A DNA stretch of 61,543 nucleotides, filler included, from Choristocarpus tenellus KU-1152 (Eukaryota; Protista; Phaeophyceae): assembly GCA_964200185.2 (NCBI GenBank). It is 10 parts of 10 records of this genome, joined end to end, with 100 filler letters (N's around TTAATTAATTAA, not from the genome) between each part and the next. Parts side by side here need not be neighbours in the genome. Positions count along the whole stretch, not along the records: positions 49,266 to 52,172 come from CAXNAD020023748.1; positions 52,273 to 56,022 come from CAXNAD020018165.1; positions 56,123 to 61,543 come from CAXNAD020010835.1; 7 more parts are not named here. One strand, written 5' to 3'. Below the pieces are notes generated by a model. It was not told the origin of the DNA. It did no database searches and worked only from the letters and a program-made list of their open reading frames with translations. This document shows positions 51,140-61,543 of this stretch, in pieces. Position 1 is the stretch's first letter. Every line of letters starts with the position of its first letter. Both the position numbers and the translations under genes were made by a program.

Positions 51140-51951
51140 ATGTCGTACCTTCTACCTCACCTTCGGACGGGCTGGGCAGTTGATCAAGCGATCATGAACG
51201 AGGAGGACCGCGTAGTGTGCCTGCGTTTCGGTCATGATCACGACGTTACATGCATGCAAATGGATGAGATTCTGGCGGGGATTGCAGAAGACGTGAAGAA
51301 CTTCTGTGCCATTTACGTTGTCGATCTCTCCGAGGTATATACAATGGACATACCTGTAGTAGATATGATGGTAATCGGATGGTATCCTCTACATTATTCA
51401 GCTGAGAGGGAACAATTTTTTATTTCTGTGGTGCGATAAAATGCCGAATGGAACCTCCCCTGGTATTTATTTGTTTTCAGACGAAACGGAGGCTCCTCCC
51501 TATCCAAACAAATAATTCTAAGTAGTGGCCCAGGAACCGAAGCATATTTCCGATGGTACTCTACGATTGATCCTGGTGAGTGGTATACTCCGAACACCGC
51601 TTAATCATGGAGTACCATTGTACCCAAGATTGGTATTGTGATGGGTGATTGACCTAAGTCTTCCCAATGAGGAGACTAAATGGCCTCACTGATATTTAAA
51701 ATCCTCGCTAATAAAATCCACTGGTGAACCCCCCATTGCACCATGTCTGCTGAGCCGTTCTTTCGTGCTTCTACCCAACCTGTCCTACCTGCTCACTGTT
51801 GCCGTTGCAACAGGTTCCTGACTTCAACGACATGTACGAGCTGTATGACCCCTGCACCGTGATGTTTTTCTTCCGTAACAAGCACATAATGATTGACTTG
51901 GGCACCGGTAACAACAACAAGATCTCGTGGGCTTTCAACAACAAGCAGGAG
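51140..51951 (+). CDS. DIM1: U5 snRNP thioredoxin-like protein Dim1 (TXNL4A), 3'-partial
   Basis: Exons 51140-51334 and 51814-51951: MSYLLPHLRTGWAVDQAI...RFGHD...VPDFNDMYELYDPCTVMFFFRNKHIMIDLGTGNNNKI. Confidence 0.97.
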
Positions 51952-52095
51952 GTGATATATTCAGACATACGATCTTGACGAGTTGTTTCTCCCCTATGCA
52001 ATCCGGGGGAGGGGACTCCTACACCGAAGCCACGATTCACTACCCCATGTACACTAGATGCACTTAACAGCTCGGTGTGAAAATGCCTTACCCCC

Positions 52096-52126
<31 letters not shown>

Positions 52127-52399
52127 AAAACCCCGCGGAACCAATAAAAAAACGAAACACCAAAGGGGGGGGNNNNNNNNNNNNNNNNNNNNNNNNNNNN
52201 NNNNNNNNNNNNNNNNTTAATTAATTAANNNNNNNNNNNNNNNNNNNNNNNNNNNNNNNNNNNNNNNNNNNNGGCAGCGTTGGGGATCCAGCGGAGGAGA
52301 TAACCTGGAGGAAAACCCCCCTTCCAACGTTTGCCCTGACGACAGATATGTTAGCGCGACACTCGCACCTCACGGCACTCACTCTGCATTTGAATCAAC

Positions 52400-53450
52400 G
52401 TTCAAAAGAAAAACTCCTACACCAGAGTCTCATACACACGTCAAAAGTAGGGTACTGTCTAAAAAGACTCCACCCCTTCCAAGATAAACAAAAGCAAATA
52501 CAGACACAAAACCATAGTAGCACTGAACTTGGGTATTGCCAATGGTGTTCAAAAGAAAACCTCCTACGCCAGAGTCTCATACACATATTAAAAGTAGGGT
52601 ACTGTCTAAAAAGGACCCAAAGTATCTGGGAGGGAGAGGTGGGTCTACACCAGGGTGTCCATTTGGGGCAAAATCAGGAAAAGCGCATTTACAGTAACCA
52701 TCCGAAGTATGCAACCAAATTACCCAAAAATCGCAACATGAAAAAGTTGACCTTAAATGGACAGCCACCACCCCCTCCCAGATAATTTGAGCCAAGACTC
52801 CACCCCTTCCAAGATAAACAAACGCAAATACAGACACAAACCCGTAGTAGCACTGAACTTGGGTATTGCCATGGACTCTCCCGCTTCAGAACTAAAACAC
52901 AGCAACGACAGGACACTAAGACCCATGAGTCACAATCACAAAAGAGATTGGGCGCTATCATGGAAAGGCTTGCCTTTGCTAGGAACTATGAATATATACC
53001 ATAAAAAATAACAATAGAGAGTATCTCAGCAAGTCTTTCCCTCTTCACAACTATCAGCAAAAATTAATACAGGCGCAAAATTACAATAGCACTGAAATAG
53101 GGTACTACTTAGACTGTCCCCCTTCACAGCTATAAACACAAATTATTGGACACCAAGATGTCTCACAGTCACAAAGAAAAACAAGGTCCTGCCATATAAA
53201 GGGTTGCTCTACCCACAAACAAAGAACATTCAACAAAAAGACCCAGCGAAATAGGGAGTGTCATAGTAAGACCCTCCCTCCTCACAAATGTCAGCACAAA
53301 TGAATATGGATACAAAATGGCAATAGTGCTGAAATAAGGTGTTTTCATAGACTCTTCCCTCTTCAGAACTATAAACACAAACAATAGAAGACAGGAATCA
53401 TGTCTCAAATACAAACAAAAATGTCTAAGAACCACATAAGATAACAAAAC
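52400..53450. repeat. Degenerate tandem array of ~140-240-bp units
   Basis: A TAGCACTGAA(C/A)T(T/A)GGGTA-type motif recurs at about 52518, 52848, 53087 and 53323; the first two units are clearly collinear. Confidence 0.65.
52614..52793. mobile_element. Sola-like MITE family B (180 bp) inserted in the tandem array
   Basis: GACCCAAAGTATCTGGG...CCCAGATAATTTGAGCC. The preceding array unit shows the empty site CTAAAAAGACTCC. Confidence 0.8.
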
Positions 53451-53654
53451 ATCATAACAAGGCTACTCACACTGGTTGGAATGCGAAAAGGCAGACATGC
53501 TATTCGCCTGTAACATACCACCCATCGTGAACTAGGAATACATGCTTCACGCTTACCGCAGGTGGTTATCACAGGTCAGGACAATAAATATCATCTATCA
53601 CCTCGAATCGTGCTGTGGCAGCATGTATTAATTGCCATATGGCGACATCATGGG

Positions 53655-53872
53655 GGCTCCAGTTCCGACTCTGCCAGTTTTTTTGCAACCTAGGGACTCC
53701 AGTTCCGACTCCGTTCCCACTCTGCCAGTTGCTTCCAACATAGGGACTCCAGTTCCGACTCTGTTCCGACTCCGTTCCCACTCTGCCAATTGTTTTGCAA
53801 CCTAGGGACTCCAGTTCCGACTCCGGTCCCACTCTGCCAGTTGTTTCCAAGATAGGGACTCCAGTTCCAACT
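53655..53872. repeat. Minisatellite with core GGGACTCCAGTTCCGACTCCGTTCCCACTCTGCCAGTT
   Basis: About five variable-length tandem units. Confidence 0.85.
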
Positions 53873-54769
53873 AAATCTGTGGATTCCAACAATGGTCAAC
53901 ATATCTCCTCCTTTCTCTTGAGACTGTGGAAAGGGGTTGAGTTATTGATGCATGGACGCGGTGCATAGACAGGTTGATCCGTCACGACTGCTGCAAGAGA
54001 TCTCGCAAGTCTGGCCTTGGACAGGAACATCTCAGAACCATTGATTTCTAGCGGAACCTGTGAAGTAAAAGAACAGTGCGATACACGAAAAGCAGATCGG
54101 GAATGTGAGAGTACGAATGACGAGGAAGAACTACCTAGGCAACGTCTATACCATGGCGGTCAGAAGCCACTCATTTTAAGACTATAGGCGAGTGATGTGG
54201 AGATCAGAGGCCACTCGTTTTACGGCCAGAGAAGGGCGATTCCCTCGGAGCCACAGAAGCCCTCACACCCGTGAAGATGACGAGCCCAAGGAGGGAATCC
54301 CGTAGATGACGAATGAAGACCACAAACCCAGGTGGAACAAGAAAATAATCCAGGCGGGCGTGGGAAGCTACAGGGAATCCTATGAGTTGAGGTGAACAAT
54401 GAGTCTTCCCTCCAGTTTGATTAGAGGCGGCAGGACCTCCATGTTACAGGGCGCCCCCCGAAAGCTCACCTCCACAGGATGTATAGCTCCAATCTACGGG
54501 CTTATAGATGATACTGATGTACGTAAAGGACTCCTGATACGCAAGTCGTCAAGTATGCTGGATCTCTCACTTGGATTATTATCAATATCATGGTTAAAAA
54601 GGGAACTGATCAACTATGTCTTACCACAATCGGGGAACATAATGACCAAATAATAAATAAATAATCACGAAGTACAAATATATCAAATCTAAAACTTTAA
54701 TGTCATAATGGTGTTTATGAAACCGCCATCAAGACATATCGCCTGTGACAAGTGAACTTACATTACCCA

Positions 54770-54864
54770 TCTGACGCATGCAACCAAATCACACAATAAT
54801 CGCGACATGGAAAAATAGGCCCCGAATGGACAGCTGTCACCCCCCCCCCCAAATACTTTGAGCG
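54770..54864. mobile_element. Right part of Sola-like MITE family B
   Basis: CCCCGAATGGACAGCTGTCA-Cn-AAATACTTTGAGCG. Confidence 0.65.
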
Positions 54865-55300
54865 GCAGCTTGCCACCTGATCAACTCATTCACCAGAAAA
54901 TAGTGTCATTAGTCCAGCAGCCGAGGTGCAAAATCAAACCCACTACAGGGAATCCATTGATACTCATAGTTTTATCTCAACACCGTCATGGTGGACAGTT
55001 TTGGCGGCCCAGTAAGCAAGCAGAGAGTTTCCCCCAATGTGATCACCATAGATGTGGTAGAGTGGAGAGAGGTTAGGGGTTATAGCAGGAAAGGTGCTGT
55101 GAAGACTCGTTTGAGACTGGTAGTGACAGCTCTCAAGGAGTGAGCCAAAGTGAACAAGAGATGTCCATTTTTTGGTCGTTTGCTTTATGAAGTAGTATAT
55201 TTTCATCTTTTGCGAATCACCCATATTTTCTATGGATGAAGTGCTAAGTTTGACTTGAGGGGGATGATTTCTCTCATATTTGAAACTCTTACATAGGTAT

Positions 55301-56022
55301 GGGTCAAAGTATCTGGGGGGGGGGGGTGCCGGCGTCCGTTTTTGACCCTACAATTCGGAAAACATTTATAAAAATCCCAAATTTTGCTCATATCTCCAAT
55401 TATAATTAAAAAGGACAGGCTTGAGTTGATCGAAAATTCTGTCGATTTCCCGAATGAATGCAGGCCAGGAGAAAGTCTTCATCAACTTTATACATCTAAC
55501 CCTTAGTCCAGGAACAAAAGGGGTTGTACAGCATCTTGCAAGAAGTGGGAGACACCAAAGCATTGGTGTGAAAATAGTCTCAATCTCACCTCCTCTTCTT
55601 CTCAAGGCGTCCTCGTGGATGGCTACCTCCACCTGCTTCGCGACCTCTTTTAAGTAAAGGATTTGGTGGTATCGAAACATCTCCACGGCTGCCTTTGTTA
55701 CGATCGCTTTCTCCTCCGCCTTGCGAGCCCTCTTGACCTTCTTTCAGGCTACAGAGCCCTTATACCCCAACCCTAACACCTTCTTTCTCGTATCCTTAAG
55801 CCACTCCGGCTTGCATAGCTTCCAAATAGAAGGGCCTGCTACAATTGTCGACTACTAAGATATTCTACACCCGATTTTTCGCTTAGGCATTTCCTGAACG
55901 CAATGGCATGCAGTCGTACTTCTTTCTGTTAAAGTATCCCCAAAATCATCAAAGAGGGTAAAGGTGATAAACTCGGCGAGATTGCTTGCTGCCTGTAGAG
56001 TGATTGATTAAATTTAGGTGGG
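55301..56022. mobile_element. Longer Sola-like element, one TIR present, truncated by the contig end
   Basis: GGGTCAAAGTATCTGGGG...GTCCGTTTTTG terminus at 55301, no partner TIR before the linker, and a coding-like minus-strand remnant inside. Confidence 0.4.
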
Positions 56023-56122
56023 NNNNNNNNNNNNNNNNNNNNNNNNNNNNNNNNNNNNNNNNNNNNTTAATTAATTAANNNNNNNNNNNNNNNNNNNNNN
56101 NNNNNNNNNNNNNNNNNNNNNN

Positions 56123-56670
56123 GTATAAGCTGACGAGGTTATTGGGATTGGCGTGGGTTGGGGTCCCTGGTGGGGGAGGCTGGCCTTGGAAGCCCCGTAA
56201 TATCTCTTATCACCGCCTCTCCTGCCCCTCCTCCTCCTCCTTGTAGCCGTGTAGGGGCGGTCCCCTCTCCCTGCTACCATCGTCGTGTGCCTCTACCACC
56301 TCTCTGGCCCCATCCCCTTGTGTGCTCGTTCGGTTTACCATCTAGGCTTCGCCATCCTGCAGAGACGAAACGTGTATACCTAATCCCGAAGAGGAGTCGT
56401 GTGCTCTGCTTATGTTCTCCCCTTGCCCGTGCCCATCTCGTGGGCCTCCATTCCCATCTTCGAACACCTCCACCTCGTCCCCATGTGGGCCCATTCCGTT
56501 CTCTGTCCACCCTTCTCCGTTCTGCGAGATCAAAACCTGTGTGTCTATTCCCGGAGCTGGGTTAACCCTCCACTAGTATTTGTTCCTTGCCCCTGCCTGT
56601 CTTGTGTACCGTCACCGCCTTCCTCCATCACCTCCACAACCCCATCCCCTTCTCCTTTTATTATCAATAG
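56123..56670 (+). repeat. ~550-bp repeat, copy 1 (inverted relative to 59363-59910)
   Basis: Collinear reverse complement of 59363-59910, including a 77-nt identical stretch at 56150-56226. Confidence 0.9.
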
Positions 56671-56936
56671 TAATATAGTGATATTGGGCAATACCCAGTA
56701 GACAATGTTATAATTCAGTGTTTGCTTTACTATATAACTCAACTACTAGCTTTCAGCGACGAGCCTTACATGCGCCAAGCTTCTCAGCACGCTTAAGTGC
56801 CCTAATCCAAACTTTAACCAGGGGAAGCGCAGCCGGACTGGTTCGGTTTGAGGGTATTGCATCACTCATGACCCCTGATGGGACCCACACCAAACTCCTT
56901 CAACTTACAGATAACAACTATGCCGATTGGTTTGCT

Positions 56937-57199
56937 GAGCTAAAGTATCCTAGAGGGTAGAGTCGCGTCCATTTGGGAGCCAAAATCCAATGTTGCGATT
57001 TTGATGTAATTTTGGCTATCGTATTTGTTAGGAAGTGTCAATATCCTTCTTCTGGACACACCTTTTCATAACGTATACATTTTACCTACTCCGAAACATT
57101 TTTGGAGTAGGAAAATGTAATAAAAAACCCATGGGAAGCCAAAGCTCCAAATAATGGACAGGCAGGGAAAAACTCGTACCCTCTAAGATACTTTCACTC
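56937..57199. mobile_element. Sola-like MITE family A inserted in Copia gag
   Basis: TSD TGCT. Removing the element and one TSD restores the gag frame DWFATTRAFWGVKG. Confidence 0.92.
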
Positions 57200-58310
57200 T
57201 GCTACAACCCGGGCATTTTGGGGTGTGAAGGGGGATATTGACGACGAGGCATTGGAGCACAGAGAAAAACCCATCAGATTGGGTGACATTGGATTCACTA
57301 AGGAGGAAGATGTCAGTGAAGGTGAGGTCACCAAGGCCAAGAAAGCATACGGCGTCCTGCTGAGGAGTACCAGCGGGTTTTACAGGTGCATTGTACGCCA
57401 TGCAGCATCACCCTCAGAGGCTTGGAGGCAACTGAAGGAGAATTTTCTAATTTGCTCAGATGAAGAAGTAGCACGGCTCCAGAAATAACTTATGAACATC
57501 AAAATGCCACGGGGGTCAGACCCCAAGAATACCTTCACTATGATGTTATATTGGTTTGGGCAGATGGCAATGATGGGGCATGCAATGTCCGAACCAGTAC
57601 TATAAACTTGCATGCTGGACTGTTTGGATGACGACTATCAAATCACCAAGCATTACCTACAACATCATAATAAGGGTGAGCGTACGAGGGTGGTGACTCA
57701 AAACACCGCTCACATGAGATACTTCTCGTTCCAATGGGAAGTTGCTGATCGCAGGGAGCCAGGGAGCGCTCTAGCTGCTGGGACCATAAGCTCAATGAGG
57801 AGCTTCCAGATGGCCAGCCGAGGAGGCGGCCTGAGTACGACTGGTCATCGTACAGCTCCTGGTTCGACAGGATCCCGTGCCAGGGGCCAGACCAAGGCAC
57901 TTGATAGATATCACAAGTGTGGATTGTCTAGACACACAGATCCTTGCACATACCGAGGACTGTGCTACAGCTGCGGGAGCAGAGGCCACCAGCAAGCTGT
58001 TTGCCTTCAGAGGAGGGTGGTACCACCAAAAGGGGTGGGAAGTTTTAGTCGCCAGAGGGCGACCCCGCCAAAGTCGGTGGAAGAACTAGCTGGATCAGAG
58101 GAACCGACAAGGACAGGAAGAAAGTTCAACATCATGTTGACCGCTGTATCTGACAGTGGTAAGGTGACCCGATGTGATTTCGAGAGATGATATTTTGATT
58201 CTGGGGCATCCAATAGTGTGACTAGAGATCCAACGTATCTATATGAGATCACCACATGTCCACAAGGTCGTAGCATGACCGTGACTGACGTTACATCAAT
58301 ATCCATTGTA

Positions 58311-58568
58311 GAGTGAAAGTATGTGAGAGGGTACGAGTTTTGCTCTGTTTGTCCATTTGGGGTTTGGTTTCCCATGTTTTTTTAATGAAATTTCCCTACT
58401 ACAAAATGTTTGGGAGTAGATAGAATGTTTTCATTACGAAAAGATGTGTCCGAAACATAGATGTTGTCACTTCCTAACAAACACGATAGTCAAGATAATA
58501 TCAAAATCGCAACATTGGATTTTGACCCCCAAATGGACGCGGCGCTACTCTCTAAGATACTTTGGCTC
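58311..58568. mobile_element. Sola-like MITE family A, opposite orientation, no TSD
   Basis: GAGTGAAAGTATGTGAGAGGGTA...TCTAAGATACTTTGGCTC; flanks TGTA and TAAT do not match. Confidence 0.88.
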
Positions 58569-59362
58569 TAATCTCAAAATCATGCATTGGCGTGCAGTTA
58601 AGTGTATTTTAGCATATTTGAATACGTGTCCCAGTGTTGGATTGAGTTTTGGTGGTTTTGATACTGAGTGTGAGTTGAGTGCATATGCTGATGCTAGTTA
58701 TGCTGGAGACTGCAATGATTGTAGATCAGTGACTGGAGGAGCAATAATGTTTGCAGGAGGAGCAATATCTTGGTTGTCAAAGATACAAAGAGTTGTAGCC
58801 CTGTCTTCCACGGAGAGCGAGTACATAGCTCTTAGCGGTGTGGCACAGGAAATACTTTTCTTGAGAAGTATTTTAAAGTATATTCAGCCACAGTTTTCTA
58901 GGCGTTGCATTGACATGTTTGAGGATAACGATGATGCATGCAAACTAGTACGAAATGCCACAAACTCTACTAGAACAAAGTACATTGATGTTCGACACCA
59001 TTTTCTGAGGGACTTAGCTAGAATAGGAGAGATTCGTGTTGTTTTTGTTGGAACTGCAAATCAGAGGGCAGATGCGTTGACCAAGAATTTGCCAGTTCGA
59101 GTTTTTAGACAGCGTGTGAAGTTTTTGATGAACATGTAAGATAACATGTGTTTTATTTTGTTGTTCGTTAATGATTGATTGATTGAGAATTTATACTTAT
59201 TTTCAGCAAGGGGAGGATGTCGAATAATCTAGTGTTATCCTTAGGTTGTTTGTGCTGATACAAGTATATAACATAGGTTTCATATGTACGTTTATCTTTA
59301 GTTCGGTACAATGTAAAGTAGTGATGTGCATAGCAGAACGACATGGTACAATACAAAACTTT

Positions 59363-59910
59363 CTATTGTATAAACGAGGAGGGAGGGAATGGAATTGTGG
59401 AGGTGATGGAGGAAGGGGACGACGGTACGGGAGGCAGGCAGGGGCAAGAAACTAGTATATGTGGAGGGTTTAACCCAGCTCCGGGAATAGACGCACAGGT
59501 TTCGATCTCGCAGAACGGAGAAGGATAGACGGAGAATGGAATGGGCTGACATGTGGACGATGTGGAGGTGATGGAAGATGGGAATGGCGGCCCACGAGAT
59601 AGGCACGGGCAATGGAGGAATATAAGCAGAGTACACCACTCCTCTTCGGGAATAGGCGATCAGCTCTTGTCTTTGCAGGATGGCGAAGCCTGGACGGTAA
59701 ACCGAACGAGCATATAGGGGGATGGGGCTAGAGAGGTGTTAGAGGCACACGATGATGATAGCAAAGAGAGCGGACCGCCCCTACACGGCTACGAGTAGGA
59801 GGAGGAGGCAGGAGAGGCGGTGATAAGAGATATTACGGGGCTTCCAAGGCCAGCCTCCCCCACCAGGGACCCCAACCCACGCCCATCCCAACAACCACAT
59901 AAGCTTACAC
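59363..59910 (-). repeat. ~550-bp repeat, copy 2
   Basis: Reverse complement of 56123-56670. Confidence 0.9.
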
Positions 59911-59924
59911 CGGAACACTGTGCA

Positions 59925-60284
59925 GAGCGAAAGTATCTTAGAGGGTACGAGTTTTGTCCTGTTTGTCCATTTGGGGCTTGGCTTCCCATGGGTTTTTTAT
60001 TACATTTTCGTCCAAAATGTTTCGGAGTAGGAAAAATATCTTAGAACATACGAGTTTTGCCCTGTTTGTCCATTTGGGGCTTGGCTTCCCATGTTTTTTT
60101 TAATGAAATTTTCCTACCCCAAAATATTTGAAATAGGTAAAATTATACGTTATGAAAAGGTGTGTCTGGAACAAGGACATAGAGATTTCCTCACCAACAC
60201 GATAGCCAAAACTACGTCAAAATCGCAACATTGGATAGTGGCTCCCAAATGGACCCCGATCTACCCTCTAAGATACTTTGGCTC
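59925..60284. mobile_element. Composite MITE family A (360 bp) with an internal ~90-bp duplication
   Basis: Both TIRs present; ACGAGTTTTG.CCTGTTTGTCCATTTGGGGCTTGGCTTCCCATG occurs twice; flanks TGCA and TCCC do not match. Confidence 0.85.
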
Positions 60285-61493
60285 TCCCGCAATCTTCTTT
60301 CCCCCTGGATAAGGCAGGGACGAAGATCCTGCCATCAAGACCTGGGGTACAACAGGGAGACCCACTGGGCTCCCTCTTATATTGCATGGCAACACACAAG
60401 GCCTTGCAACAGGTCCAATCAGGTTTTGGACCCAAGGGATCCCCTCCCGGAGCTATCTGGACGACATGTCCATATCTGCAAGGGGGATCGGCCCTAACAC
60501 CGTAGCTGCTATCGAGTAGTTAAAAACTGACCTCCATGAGGTAGGCATTGATCTAATATGGACAAGACCTTTGCTGCACCTCCTCAGGGCCACCAACCCA
60601 CGCCCTCGGAACTGGAGCTTCTCTCTGTGGCGGGAATCAACTGAGCCCCGAACCCCAATGGTTTTGTCACATTAGGGGCTCCAGTGGGAACAGATGGTTT
60701 TATTCAAGCACATATGGCCGAGGTGATCGAGAGCTCTGGGACACAAGCTTTGGTCACACACCTCAGCGAGATGGAGGACAAACAAGTGGCCTGGCTCCTC
60801 AACTCCTGGTCTCTCTCCTCCCAGCTAGGCTATCTTGCGAGGGTCACTCCCCCCCTCCTGGCACGCTCCACCATGGAGCAGGCAGATAACACCTCACTAT
60901 GGACACTCGAGAGGATAATGGAGGTGGAAGACTCAACTGAGGATGCAGATTTCTTTGAAGGAGGGTGCAACAATGGGTCTCTCCGCCTAGAGAGCCACAC
61001 CAACAAATATAGGTACAGATTCTTACAAGTGCAGGAGGTCTGGGCCTCTCCTCTCTATGAAACACCGCAAACATGCTGCTTTCGTAGGATAACTGGTAGA
61101 TACTCTCCCCACCCTCCTCGCAAGGCAGCAAGGGCCTCATGGTGAGTCCTTCTCGCAAGCTATCTGCACGAGCCCCACCGTACAGGCCTTAGGAACATCC
61201 ATTCACTCTCTCCTAGTCACAGGTGTCCCCCCAGAAGACCTTGCCAAAATCATTGGCCAAGACTGGGTAACCTGGGGGGGAACAACATCCCCTGCACCTA
61301 CCCCAGAGGTACGTATTCTAACTGCCCATGACACCAGGATATCAAGGAGGGCTCAACACGAGATCACACGCCTCCTGAACAAGATTCGTTTTGACTCCTT
61401 CAGGACACAACTGGCCGGCCTTCCAAATGAGGCACACCAAGGGAGGGAAAGCTCCTCGTTAGCCCTAGCGCGCCACCGGAGCCAGTGTGGACA
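60285..61493 (+). mobile_element. Frameshifted reverse transcriptase remnant of a CRE-like (RLE) non-LTR retrotransposon
   Basis: GVQQGDPLGSLLYC, SYLDDM, TLGAPVGTDGFI, QVAWLL...LGYLARVTPP and GGLGL. Confidence 0.8.
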
Positions 61494-61543
61494 GGGTCAA
61501 AGTATCTGGGGGGGGGGGTGGTTTGTGAGGGGGCGTCCGTTTC
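61494..61543. mobile_element. Left terminus of a Sola-like element, cut by the window end
   Basis: GGGTCAAAGTATCTGGGG...GCGTCCGTTTC, the same terminus as at 55301. Confidence 0.65.

Larger units (their letters stand above)
56868..59362 (+). mobile_element. Decayed Ty1/Copia LTR retrotransposon (gag, protease, RT end/RNase H, PPT, start of the 3' LTR)
   Basis: gag MTPDG...LTDNNYADWF; zinc knuckle CYSCGSRGHQQAVC; protease YFDSGAS; RNase H AYADASYAG...SSTESEY...FEDN...TKYIDVRHHF...ADALTK; PPT AAGGGGAGGA at 59208-59217 followed by TGT. Integrase and most of RT are absent. Confidence 0.9.

Noticed and set aside
52091-52172. Long C, A and G homopolymer runs
   Set aside because: Low-quality contig-end sequence typical of reads failing after poly-C or poly-G.
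53569-53902. Repetitive ORFs (GTGVP / NWQS repeats)
   Set aside because: Translations of a minisatellite, with no splice or start support.
58444-59139. 231-aa ORF as a novel fusion protein
   Set aside because: Its N-terminus is MITE sequence read fortuitously in frame with the Copia RNase H remnant.

Overview
Eukaryotic, intron-rich genomic DNA, most likely from a brown alga (Phaeophyceae) or close relative. This rests on a mannuronan C5-epimerase gene, bipartite ASAFAP-type plastid presequences and TTAGGG repeats. The window is ten contigs joined by nine artificial 100-nt linkers (N44-TTAATTAATTAA-N44), so adjacency across linkers is not biological. Manual splicing, with exon phases checked, recovers: a complete 19-exon, ~730-aa secreted Agd3-like (CE18) polysaccharide de-N-acetylase with all catalytic motifs intact (the most striking item); a complete plastid-targeted unknown protein head-to-head with NAD(P)HX epimerase; a 5' fragment of mannuronan C5-epimerase; mitochondrial ribosomal protein L32; a CTLH/WD40 protein; a plastid-targeted PX-domain/glycine-zipper protein head-to-head with DIM1; and an unknown multi-exon fragment. 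Mobile DNA comprises several Sola-like MITE families with 4-bp TSDs, a full-length decayed DD39D-type mariner, RLE-type LINE remnants, and a Copia element. The Copia has lost integrase and RT at a MITE junction and is bracketed by ~550-bp inverted repeats. All family assignments come from motif recognition, not database searches.
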